A stretch of DNA of 63,069 bases, the filler included, from Folioceros fuciformis (taxonomy: Eukaryota), in NCBI GenBank assembly GCA_049999805.1. It is 5 parts of 4 records of this genome, joined end to end, with 100 filler letters (N's around TTAATTAATTAA, not from the genome) between each part and the next. Parts side by side here need not be neighbours in the genome. Positions count along the whole stretch, not along the records: positions 8,674 to 39,329 come from JBNGIO010004612.1; 4 more parts are not named here. One strand, given 5' to 3'. The notes below the pieces were generated by a model, which was not told where the DNA came from, made no database searches, and saw nothing but the letters and a program-made list of their open reading frames with translations. Each line of letters opens with the position of its first letter. The stretch's first letter is position 1. Below, piece by piece: positions 13,013 to 24,412 of this stretch. The position numbers were made by a program, and so were the translations under genes.

Positions 13013-15333
13013 GGCCCCGGATGATTGATCTCAGCCTTCGTGCTCGCGGCTGTGTCGTGGGTGCGTCTACGATCACCTCGTTCAGGCTCTACGGAAAACA
13101 GCGCAATTCTGTCCCTGGCCAGTCACTGCAGCAGAGCAGTGCTCTCACAATACTGAGGTGGGTACATCAGTATTTCTGCTCTGCAAATAACAATGCACGT
13201 GTGCGGTAGGATCAGTACCCTAATGGCCCATGGGTGAGTGCCTCCTGACGTCCATATCGTGGGTAGATACATATGTATGCGATTGGAAGGCAGGGTTTCA
13301 GAAACGTTGAAGTGAAATCTGATAATTATATCGTAATATTTAACGGTCCCGGCCATGAACTTGGTCAGAGCCTTGTTGAGGATCAACCCCGCAGTGTGGA
13401 ATTGTCGTCATCTGACCGCCTGAAGAGCAGGACGACAGCATTGCTGTAGGTAGGGTGCCGAGCTACCTTGCTGGTGGCCATCAGCAGCCGTCCAGGCATG
13501 GGAGCGATCTGTACCCTGGCCACGCCTCCGACACCCGTGTCTTCATCGATCGTGATCCCGTCAAGGGAGCCCCTGACCAGCCGAAGAATTATACAGCAGC
13601 AATCGGAGTGCGCATCCGCACGTGGACGTCGACAGTCCGAATGGTGTCACACATCCTGCCCTTGCAACAAACGCAAATCCAACTGACCACGCGTCCTCCA
13701 ACGTGATCCCGCCAATTGCGACGACCTTGAAGCACCAAAGAGCGCGAATTTCTTCACGGCCAGCCGGCAGGTTACACTTCTGCTGATGTCTGCCGTTCCA
13801 TTGCGGATGCGGCATGCTCCATCAGTAAGCTCGGCAACCTTGAAAGACCCCTGAAATGCGGAGCGAACTGCCATGTCTACTGATCTTGCCTACCCTGAAT
13901 CGCTTTAAATGCATCTCCATCCGTGTGCAGTGGAATAGTGAATTCCGCTTGTGCGACCTGGTGGTCAGCAATTCACACGTTGGCATCAGGAATCCCGGCC
14001 AGCAACCTACGCCATCAACAGTTTTTGTTCCTTTTGGCTTGATAGTCTTAAAAAAAAGGAGGAACATGGGATCGATCCCGCGGGTCAATGCGACGGAACC
14101 ACAAGAGCCCCGTCCAACGTTAGTCATACCGGCGGACTAGCGTCGCGTGAATGTCGTAACTGCCACCGAGCCAGCAACGACAGAGAAGGTATGAGCGGCT
14201 AGCTTCGGCAGTGCTGCCACTGGCCACTGTCTGAACCGCGGCACCATGTGATGAGGCTCGTGGCTGTACAGTACGGGATGCTGCCAATATGGTTGAATGC
14301 GATTTGAAACGCGGTATGTATGCCGGATGCACGATAGGATTCAACAGGATTGCTGCTTCGCACCAAGCAGCTCAGCAGAATTGAAAGGGGAAGTCTTAGA
14401 GGAGAGGCTCGCATCCGCGAAATTAGGAGCACTCTTCTCCGGCGTCGAGATGCGTGCTGCCAGATATGTCGGGCTTCTTTGGACTTCAACCTAAAAGACC
14501 GGAAGCAGGTTGTGGTGTCCATGCTTCCTGAGTTTGGCTGGAACTTCCCTGAGCCTGAACGCTGTGTGGAGGCTACACTCCTCCCGTAGGCTGTGAATTC
14601 TTGAAAGACTCTATCGTATGGCGGCAGTACCTACAGGCGACAGGTATTGGTCTTCAAATCCCACACCGCTTCGGCTCTCCATTCTTCCACAGGGCTGAGA
14701 AATTCCCTTCTGCTTGCTTCCAACCTTGAGTGGGACAAAGAAACCGATTCTCGTTGCTTCACGGTGAGCCACTTTGCTCTTGAAAGCCTGTTTCTTGCGC
14801 TGTGTGCTCCCCTTTCGGAAATGAGCAGACATAGGTTCATCCCTCTGTTGGCCTCTGAGGAGGGCAGTCTTCTGCTCGTGAGTGATTGTGGCAGATAGGT
14901 GGCCAATTTCTTCAGCGCTGGCTTCATCTACCACCAGTCCCGTTGTTTGCAAGGGGATATGCCACTCCCAGGATGAGACCTGGACAAGGATCTTGATGTT
15001 GCGACCGCACGGAGGAAGATTCAATATTGTTCGCTCAGTTCCCAGGGTTTGTATCAACTGGAAGTAACTATTTCACGAGTCCTTCATCCTTCCTTCAGCA
15101 GATTTTAAGCACAGAGGATGACAAACGTACTTCCAAGAAGGTTAAGGGAGCTTGAGTCTTCAGCTCAAATCCAAAGAGAGTATGATTTTCACGCAGCGCC
15201 CTTCGAGAGACGCGTGAACCATGTGTACATCACTACAGCTTTTTGCTTGCCGTCAAAGGCACCCCTGTAAATCTGTGCAACCTCTCCTTTCGGAACAGCT
15301 ATGTTTCTGAACCCTAGCTTTACTTTCTCTGTA

Positions 15334-17924
15334 GCAAGGATTCCCGCTCTCTCATCGAAAAAAGGCAAGAGCTGAAGAAAGACCGAGAAAGGCAAAGCGG
15401 CACTCAGTTCAGGCGCATTTTGTTGGACCTTAAACAAGCCCAGGAAGAAGCCTCGGCAACAAAGCAGCGCACAATGAAACTCCTCAAGTTCGTTGGAGAT
15501 GCGATCGGCCTACATGAAGATGCTTTACCAGTTGAGAACGACAGGAGTTTGGACAGCACTATGATTTCCCTGAACAATTCTCTTTCCACCTCTGAACCAC
15601 TCACCAACGTCAGGTTTTGTCCTGTCTTGGTACAGGGGGAGAACACACACAGTAATGGCAACAATTGCAGCAAAAAAGATGGCTACTCACCACTACGCCC
15701 TGATACAGGAAGTCGGCAAGCTAAGAGGTACAGTGGATACTCAGTAGTTCACGATCAATTTCAGATCTGAAATTGTCCAAGATTAGGCCTGTATCTTGGA
15801 CAAATTTGTATCCATGAATCTGAACACTTTTGCTCATGAAGATGCAAACATTTCTTTAACCAGGGAAAAAGCATCCAAAGCCGAGGTTGTAGGGGTGGGT
15901 AGCTTGTCCACGCCTGGTCGCTCCACGCCTAGTGTCTCAACCAATGTTTCCCCCCTTTCGACATCGCGGTGTTCGAGTGTAAGCAGTTCCAGGAGGTTGA
16001 AGAAACGAGCATCGGCTGCGGCAAAACGAGGTGAGCGTAGCTGTCCACCGCTTTGAACTGATTCGCAACGTAGAGTTGCACAGCACTGAAACATTCCTCC
16101 ACTTTCCCCGCGTGAAGCCGCAGAGAGTGCACCCCTTTGCCAGGATTCGGCGAAAGAAACACTGGCTTACGACGTGCCAGGCCCATGGCCACCAGTAAGG
16201 CTGGACGGTGCAAACGAGCAGACACAGGATAAACAAGCTGGATGGTGTAAGAGTGAATCCTCGTCAAGACATGAGGTTCTGGGCGAGGCGATCCTCAACA
16301 CCGAGCAGGCTCGCCCTAAAAGTGAGGCATCGCTGAGGGATGAGTTCAACGCTCAGATGGCCTCTTTTGGTAAGAAAGGAACGAATCTGAAGCTTTCCAG
16401 ACCTGCAACCACTGGCAACTCGACCTGCCCTCGTCAACCATTGGCCAACAACAGTGTGGACACCGTGAAAATGAAAGTTGGAGGGAAATCCAGTAAGGAG
16501 GTAGATGCAAAGCCCTACACAGCCAGTGTACTGCGCCTCTACAATTTGGAAGACAGTGCCGACAAGGCCGACGGATCGAAGTGGCCCTCACTTTCTGACA
16601 GTGAAGAAAGCAGAAGGCTTCAAGAAACTCAAAAGCTGCTTGAAAAAATTCCAAGTTTGTTCGAGCAGGAAATGGGCAGGACGAGGGATGGTCAGGTGAA
16701 AACACCGAAGAAGAAAGGCAGCGTGAAATTCCGAGAGGTCGACGTCCGAACGGGCGATGGTGATCTTCAGGCTCGGGTAATACTACACACATTATTCATG
16801 GATGCCGGACTGCTGGAGCTTCTGCTCTTGAATGAATGTGTGCAGCCACTAAGAGTAGTGCACATGACCAGGATTTGCAGGCCGCAGCATCCGAGACTCC
16901 CGCTGTGTTCGTGAAGAGCCAATTTGAGATCCAAAGGGAGATCCTTGAGGCAAAGAGAGCAGAGCTTAGCCGAATGAGCTCTAAGGAAAAACAGAACGTC
17001 CTGACAACCATCACCAACACCATGTTCCTTTGGGACGACAAGATTGTGCCCTTCTCCAGCTGGCAGAAATACCAGCTGGAGATTCTCTTTTCCGTAATAA
17101 CATCGGCAAAGGAGAGCCAGATTGAGCTGTTCGAGACTCTGGACAAGGAGAAGGGGATCTCAAGGCCTCTGGCATGCTGTGGCGCAGTGTGCGAACTGGT
17201 CATGGCGTACCCTTCGGAAGAGATCATCCCACTGAGATTCGTGCAAGAGTGTCTGGTGCCAGAGCGCTCAGGTGAGCTCATTCAGGCAGGAGGTGCAGAT
17301 ATTAGGTTAGCATTTCAGCAGGATGTGGCAGCGTTGCAGTTCTGGAAGAGCTTCATTCACCACGTGGTGTCCATAGTGGACCAACGCCTCACCACGGCAG
17401 ATGAGGCAGCCTGTGTTTTCACCGACATCTTTCTCCGGAACTTGTGGATGGAAAACCTGTCTCCTCGAGGGATGCAGGATGCACACGATAACCTGAAGAA
17501 GTATTTGCGAACAGTGTTCAAAGGTAGGAAAGAGGATGGGCAGCACACGCTTCCCGTATCGGACAGTGGAGCTGTGTGGAACAGCAACCCAAGCCCTGGT
17601 CAGGGTACCAAAGAGCAGGGTACACGGATCAGTGTGCGACATAACTTCAAGCATACTAACCTGGGAGAAACCAATATGAGGCTACTGAAATGCAGACTGC
17701 AAGAAGCCGCAGGACAATGTCAAATGGAGTGTGGATCAAAAAGGTCTGCCCGATGCTTCAAGAAGGGCTTCCTGTCATCTGTAGGTAGCCTCATGTTCTT
17801 TCCTGTCAAGCTATGGCGCAGGAGAGCACAAGCTAAGGCCCTTCGAGAGCAGGCTATCATCCCGTTCCCAACCAAAGTGGTAAGGCTAGCCCGTGACATA
17901 AGCGGGCTGTGTCATCTTTGCTGA
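15334..17924 (+). CDS. Uncharacterised multi-exon protein: coiled coil, Ser/Lys-rich linker, degenerate RhoGAP-like C-terminal domain; may extend upstream to ~14.1 kb
   Basis: ORFs 15796-16030, 16124-16776 and 16881-17924 join in frame through GT-AG introns 16031-16123 and 16777-16880. A coiled-coil-like exon starts at 15334 (join to 15796 not resolved). The last exon resembles RhoGAP helices by eye. Confidence 0.6.
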
Positions 17925-18667
17925 TCCCCACGAAGGGCGATGGGTACTTACTCCCCTTGCCCACACATCACTTACAGGTCGAGTGAAGAGAGCAAGTTGA
18001 ACGATCTCGCAGTAGTTCATCGTCAGGACGGATTCCTGCCCGCTACTGTTGTCGCATTGGCGATGCGGCGACCTCATGGATTTTCCGACATGCGCCAGAC
18101 AAGGATTACTGGAGCTTATTTTGGGTCAAGTCTCCGATGCGTTGCCAAATTGCCATTTGCCTGGCTCCCAAGCCGAGCGTTAACAGTCCAGGCTTTACGA
18201 CGAACTTGTAAGCTTTGGAAGCACCTCACAGTCAAGAAAATGGCGGCCACTAATAAAGGTCTCCCTCCACACTACTACCTACTGCCTACTGTACGGTTCG
18301 CACATACCTTACTACTGTACAGTGCCTGCGTTGCTGCGATGCGGAAACTGGCCGTGTCGCTGTGAGCTTCGTTAGCGTCGACATCCTGGAGATTACCGCC
18401 TTCTGCCCAAAATATCCATGGTGACCTTCCAGGGTCCATTCCCCAGTCCACCTGCTGCAAGTCCATTTGGACTTTGAGACCGTGGTTCCAACACGGAGTG
18501 CTTGACAGTCCATCTCGACAGCAGATCACTGCAGCCACAGGAGTCACGAGATGGTGCAGAACTTGAGAGTGAGTTTCCTGTCGTTCTGTTAGGTGAGGGC
18601 GCAGGCCCTGGACAGTTCATGCAGATCTGAGGTTGGTGGATCTGGTCTGAGCCGGTGGGAACTTCGT

Positions 18668-19757
18668 ATGACAAAGATGGATGCGAACCTGAGACTTCGA
18701 CCACCTTTAGTTCGTGTATCAGTCGCTCTGGTGTGGCTTTGCGTCATCTACGTGTTGGCAGGAGCAGCCTTGCCTGTGGGAGGTCAAGCTACCGGTGGGG
18801 GTCCGGATCCTTCATCGTGTAAGTACACTGCCTGCAAGCCCCAACTTGTTTGTGATGTCGACCAAGGCAAGTTCAGGAACCTTTGCTGGAGCATGTGCAG
18901 CGGCATGTATGTCTAACAGCAGTGTTTCACATCCTAGCAGGTCCTCTGAGTCTCCAAGCCACTCCATCCCCCGATTGTGAACCACAGATAACGGCGAGGA
19001 GCGGGCTGGAGAGTTCCAAATGCTGTCTGGAGGCGCTCACCAACTTCTCGCAGTCTCTGGCAACCTACTGCAACAGGACAGGGACCCTCTTCCTGGAAAC
19101 CGAAGAGGAACAGTCGTGTGCGTCGGAAGCGGTTCTCAGAGGGCTCATTGACACCCACACCTGCTCCATCTTCCCCCCTGCATTCACAGCCGACAGCACC
19201 GGCAGCAAATGCTACTTCCACACCATCAGGCAATTGCAGGGGGCGCTCTCTGACGAAGGCTCCGGATCCACCTTGGCTAGCGTGGACGCAGCTTGCCAGG
19301 ATATGTTGGGTGCCGACGCCGATCAGTCGTGCTCCACATGTCACGACACCTTCCTCAGCGCCACCACCTCTCTCCAAAAGTGGGCACACGACGATTTGGA
19401 CGAATCCGCTTGTGGGGCAGCTCTTCTGGTGGCCTTCTCAAGCCTGCACGCCGCGCAGCTGGACAGGATGCAGCCCTTTTATGACTGCGTTCACCTCCCA
19501 TTCTTGACGGGTACGCGATTTCCGTTTGCCGGACCTTTTGATGCTACAGCGCTTCACACCAACTCAATTTGGTCGTTTTGGAGTGCAACAATGTGTCTCG
19601 TCTCTGGCTGTTTCTGACGAAGAGTCTCCTGTGATGGTCGCCAACGAGCTGCAGCCACGGCATTGCAGGGGGGCAAAGGCAACCATCGGGCCCGTCGCCT
19701 CGAGTTTGGTACCTTTGTGTTAGTGATTGTCATCATCCTTACCGTCATCAGCACTGC

Positions 19758-19804
<47 letters not shown>

Positions 19805-21303
19805 ACGGGAAACCAGCCAGGAAGCTGGCTCACAGAGACGTTGAGAGTAAGGATTCTCCCTGGACGATGCTCCCGACTACGCGTGATGGTAGAGTTTCGT
19901 AAGTGTAACACGCTCTGAAGTGAGGACCTGCGTGGGCCAGCAGCTGAGGAGTCGGAGAGCATGCGGGACAGTTCAGCAGTTCCCGGGGACAGGGGTGGCC
20001 GCGAGATTATCGAGAACGATGGCCTTTACACCTTCTCTGCCAAGGAATTGCTGAGGGCCACCGACAACTACAGCGAGGGCAACCTGCTAGGGGAGGGCAG
20101 CGCTGGGAGAGTGTTTCGAGGAGTCCTTCCGAGTGGCCAGTTGGTGGCAGTGAAGAAGATCGACAAGGAAAAGCAGCGGGACACATTCAAGAAGGAAGTG
20201 GACAATCTGTCAAAAGTGAGGCACAAGAACCTGTGCACCCTGCTGGGCCTCTGCCAAGCGGGGGATGAACATCTTCTCGTCTACGAATACTGCTCGAAGG
20301 GAAACCTCTCGGAGCTCCTGTTCGGTAAGCAAACTGTGCAGGCTCTCCATGGCAGTCTAGCCTAGCCTGCTGTACAGCTTGAGCAGATGTGAAGATGCCA
20401 TGCGTTGAGCTTGTAGCAGGTAGTGGACCGCCCCTCACCTGGGAGCAGAGGATTCACATCGCTGTGGGCACCGCGAGAGGCATCTGGTTCTTGCACTTGT
20501 ATCCTGGAGGCTACATCGTGCACAGGGACATTAAGGTCAGGTTTTTAATTGTCAGCCGAAAAAACGGACAGTTCACCACTGCTTGCTTGAAGCAACGTCT
20601 ACTGCGAGGTTATGAAAGCTGTTATGTGAAATGGTCCCTTGCAATATGTGTTGCCTGCAGCCCACCAACATCCTGCTGAACGAGAACATGGTGCCCAAAG
20701 TATCAGACTTCGGATTGTCACGCTTCATAGCCATAGACGAATCCAGCGTCTTCACGGCAGTGAGGGGCACCACGGGCTACATGGATCCCGAGTACTACAA
20801 CGGAGGCACCCTCACCTTCGCCAGCGACGTCTACAGCTTGGGGGTCGTACTCCTGCAGCTAATCTCGGGCAGGAGACCCATGTACAACTTCGGACTGGAA
20901 GGCCAGTATCGCTTCTCCCTTGTCAAAGCGGTGAGTCCTAGCAGCATTCCTCTTCCTCCCCCTCCCATGCTCTAATTACAAATGCAATGCCGCTGAAACG
21001 CGTTTCATCAACTGCTGGTTGCAACTGTAGGGGGCGCACGCGCTGGCGGAAGACAACTTGGACGCTCTGGTGGACCCTAAGGTCAAGGGCGTCTACGCAG
21101 TGCAGGCCTACCAGAAAATGCTGGAAACCGCGGTGGCTTGCACCCAGGCTCACAGCCATGATCGCCCAACGATGAACGAAGTGCTGCAAGCACTGGAGGA
21201 AGCTTGGGAGCTGGCCAAGGAAAGCTCGCCTCTGCGGCCCCCACAGCCCGACACGTCTGCCTTGGTTGTCTCTTCAACTTCAACTCCCATTTCTCCGAGG
21301 TGA
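18668..21303 (+). CDS. Receptor-like kinase with Cys-rich SPARK ectodomain; URK-2 (ARK/SPARK1-type) subfamily
   Basis: Signal peptide; intron 18819-18940 (GTAAGT...CAG) creates CPLSL. Then CC...TGTLFL...SC...C...C...C..C...CG...YDC Cys pattern, a TM exon at 19.67-19.80 kb, and kinase motifs LGEGSAGRVF, VAVK, GIWFLHLYPGGYIVHRDIKPTNILL, SDFGLSR and RGTTGYMDPEY. Confidence 0.85.
19760..19803 (+). repeat. 44-nt poly(T) run inside the TM exon of the SPARK kinase
   Basis: Uninterrupted T run, reading as poly-Phe. Confidence 0.95.
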
Positions 21304-21510
21304 TAAAGGTCCCAAACATGAGACGGGGCCAAACGGCCCCAAACAGAGCTGTACGGAATTCCTGTTTCCTGTTACCTGCTCCCGACAGGCCGTTGTGGAT
21401 CTTTCTTCGCCTTCAACGAACTACATGCATTTGCTTCTGTAGCTAAGAATGTCTGGATAAACCCTAGACAAAGCATTGTAAGCTAGCGTGACTTTGCGGC
21501 CAGAGCGAGG

Positions 21511-24271
21511 ATGTGTTGCGTTTCCGCGCTCCTCCGATTTCAATTCGTGGCATGGCTCCTGCTCGCCGCCGGCAGCCTGCAGGTGTTTCTCGCGACGGGG
21601 CTGGTGAATGAGGAAGGGATGGTGCTGCTCTCATTCCGGCAGCATATTGTGCAGGATCCGCTTAATGTACTTGGTAATTGGAGAATCAACGATTCCGATC
21701 CTTGTCGGTGGATTGGAGTGGTTTGTAACGCTCGTTTCGAAGTCACCGAGATTTTACTCAACGGCACGCAGTTGGGGGGAAGCATCCCCAGTAACATCAG
21801 TGCGCTGGCACATCTCCTTGTTCTCAATCTGGCTGACAATAATTTCTCGGGCTGGATTCCGGCGGGGTTGGGAGACCTCTCTGCACTGAAGAGTTTGAGT
21901 TTGCGCGGCAACTCCCTTACGGGAAAGATTCCAGCTCAGCTCCATCGCCTCAGCCGGTTGGAAACGTTGGAATTATCTCACAATATCCTTACGGGGCCGT
22001 TGCCCGGTGCGAAGATGTGGTCCAATTGCAGCGAGCTGCGGCATGTCGACTTGTCCGTCAATCGCCTGGGGCAGGCGATCCCTAGCAGCATCGGCCACCT
22101 GAAGCGGCTGGAGGTCTTGCATCTGGGAAACAATCTCCTACGAGGTTCTATTCCCGATGAGATAGGCGACTGCAGATACCTGCAGTCGCTTAACTTAAGC
22201 AACAATAGGCTGGAAGGAAGGCTTCCAGCAACCATGGCGTCTTTGGCAAACTTGGAAGTGTTGGATGTCAGTGCAAATCGCTTGTCTGGCAGTCTGTTGT
22301 CAGAAATTATTTTCCAATCCAGCATGCTGTATGTCAACCTCTCCCTGAACTCGTTCTCCGGAGGGCTCCCAACCATTCCTTATGAAACTTGCTCGAAGAT
22401 TCGTATTTATGATCTCTCGACCAACAAAATCACTGGTGTCATTCCTCCAGATTTTGGTCTGTGCACTGCAGGGGGAAGTGCTGAGAGGCCCCCAGTACAA
22501 CAAATGTATGTATAGAGAGTTTGTTTCTTCATGTCTGGTCCAGCAGTAACTCAGGTGGATGATCTTGTTGCAGATTATTCTTGAGAACCCTCGGTCCTGA
22601 CTTGTGGAAGGTTGTTGATCTTGCAGTGATTTTTCCAACAACTTCTTGACGGGAGGCTGGCCATCCTTGGGCACAATTATTTCCCTACAGAGACTGGACC
22701 TAAGTCGCAACAATCTCGGTGGTATGCTACCTGAGATCATCTCACGCTGGGACAAGCTGACGATTCTGGATCTCTCCCAGAATAACTTCGACGGGAGGAT
22801 TCCAGACGTATGGAATAATTTGGCGCACTTGGTATCTTTCAACGTATCCTGCAACGCGCTTTCAGGGCCTATACCAAGAGGTGCGGCTTTCAGCGCATTC
22901 GGATCCTTGTCGTTTCTGGAGAACCCGGGGCTCTGTGGTGCTCCAGTCTCGGCCTTGTGTGACATAGTGGCAGAGCCGGTCTCCTCCCCTCCCGTCCCAG
23001 CGGTGGCAAAAAAGTTCTCCCCCGCTGTAATGGCTATGATTGGCACGTTTTGTGTCATCTGTCTTGGTTTGTGTGTGAAACTGGTCGGGCGACTTCCTTG
23101 TCGAATCGAAAGAAGGCCGACGAGAACAGAGCTGCGGGTTTATGCATCAAGACCCGCAACACTTGCGGACACCCCTTCAGTTGTGGGGAAACTGGTCATG
23201 TTTGGCAAGCATACCATCCACAACTTTGAAGGTGACGGGGTGTTCGGAACCCAAGTCGAGAACCTTGCTCCCACGGTGAGAGTTATCGGGCACGGTCCTT
23301 TAGGAACAGTTTACAAAGCCAGATTCCAGACAGGTGAGGATCTTGCAGTGAAGGAGCTTTCCAACATAATGAGAAGGAGGATGAGGCACGACTTCGAGAG
23401 GGAAATGGAGAGGTTAGGCACTCTGAAGCATCCTAATCTGGTCAAGTTACGAGGCTACTACTGGTCAGATTGTATGCAGCTTATTCTGTCCGACTACATC
23501 CCTAATGGCAGTCTTCACCATAACCTGCACGAAAGTGGAGACAAATCTTATCTGACTTGGGCCAGAAGGTACGACATAGCCCTGAATACTGTCAGAGCCC
23601 TTGAGTTTCTACACTACGGCTGCAATCCTCCCATTTTGCACTGTCGTGTGAAATCCACCAATATCCTGCTCAGCGAACACTTTGATCCGCTCCTCTCCGA
23701 CTACGGGCTGACGAAGTTCTTGTCGTTTACGCATCCTCTCCCCAATCGAAAGGTTCCGTCTGCCCTAGGTTACATTGCTCCTGAGCTGCTAAGTTCCGAG
23801 AGGATGTTTCCAACCGAGAAATGTGACGTCTACAGCTTTGGAGTTGTACTCATGGAGCTTATCACCGGCCGAGCAGTTGTGAATGAGGAATCGGAGGAGG
23901 CGGTTACTGTGTGTGATTACGTGAGAAATGCTACGGAGCAGGGCAGGATTGTGCAATGTGTAGACGATGGCCTTGTCTTGCATGAAGATAAAAACGAGAT
24001 CCTGAGCGCTCTCAAGGTGGCTCTGGTTTGTACGGCACCCAAACCATCGGACAGACCCAGAATGGCAGAAGTGGCGAGAATGGTGGAAGCAATCAGGTCC
24101 ACTCCAACTCCCGCGCCTCAACTAGCGCCTCGGCCATCGGCTATGGAAGTGGTTCAGTTTCTGGAAGGAGTGAATCGACACGCAACTCCCGCACCGTCCC
24201 AATCGGGCGGGGTTAGCAGCCTGAACACACCTAATCAGACTGGGTGGAAGTTGGTCGCTGTGGGAAGGTAG
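21511..24271 (+). CDS. LRR receptor-like kinase, LRR-VII-like (At1g12460-type), probably catalytically inactive; 2 exons
   Basis: Signal peptide, LRRNT (DPLNVLGNW..DSDPCRWIGVVC), plant LRRs, SFLENPGLCG cap and TM. Kinase has GKLVMF, LRGYYWS, HCRVKSTNILL (no HRD Asp), SDYGL and GYIAPEL. Intron 22506-22626 restores the frame (VQQIDFSNNFLTG). Confidence 0.92.
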
Positions 24272-24343
24272 TGATAGGATTGCGTATCTGCAACCACAAC
24301 GACGTTGGACAGGACTTAAAAAGCGACGCGGCCAGATATTCTG

Positions 24344-24412
24344 TGGGGCCTGGGGCCTGAGCCTGGGCCTGGGCCCGGAGCCCGGGGCCCGGGGCCCGGG
24401 GCCCGGTCTAGG
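24344..24412. repeat. GGGCC(C/T)G-type G/C-rich simple repeat
   Basis: GGGGCCTGGGGCCTGAGCCTGGGCCTGGGCCCGGAGCCCGGGGCCCGGGGCCCGGGGCCCGG just 3' of the LRR-RLK stop. Confidence 0.8.

Noticed and set aside
18819..18916. Kazal-like Cys motif (CKYTACKPQLVCD...NLCWSMC) suggesting a Kazal-SPARK-kinase fusion
   Set aside because: It lies inside a strong GTAAGT...CAG intron (18819-18940), whose removal gives the expected CPL start of the ectodomain.
22460..22645. Apparent split of the LRR-RLK into two ORFs
   Set aside because: Explained by the canonical intron 22506-22626.
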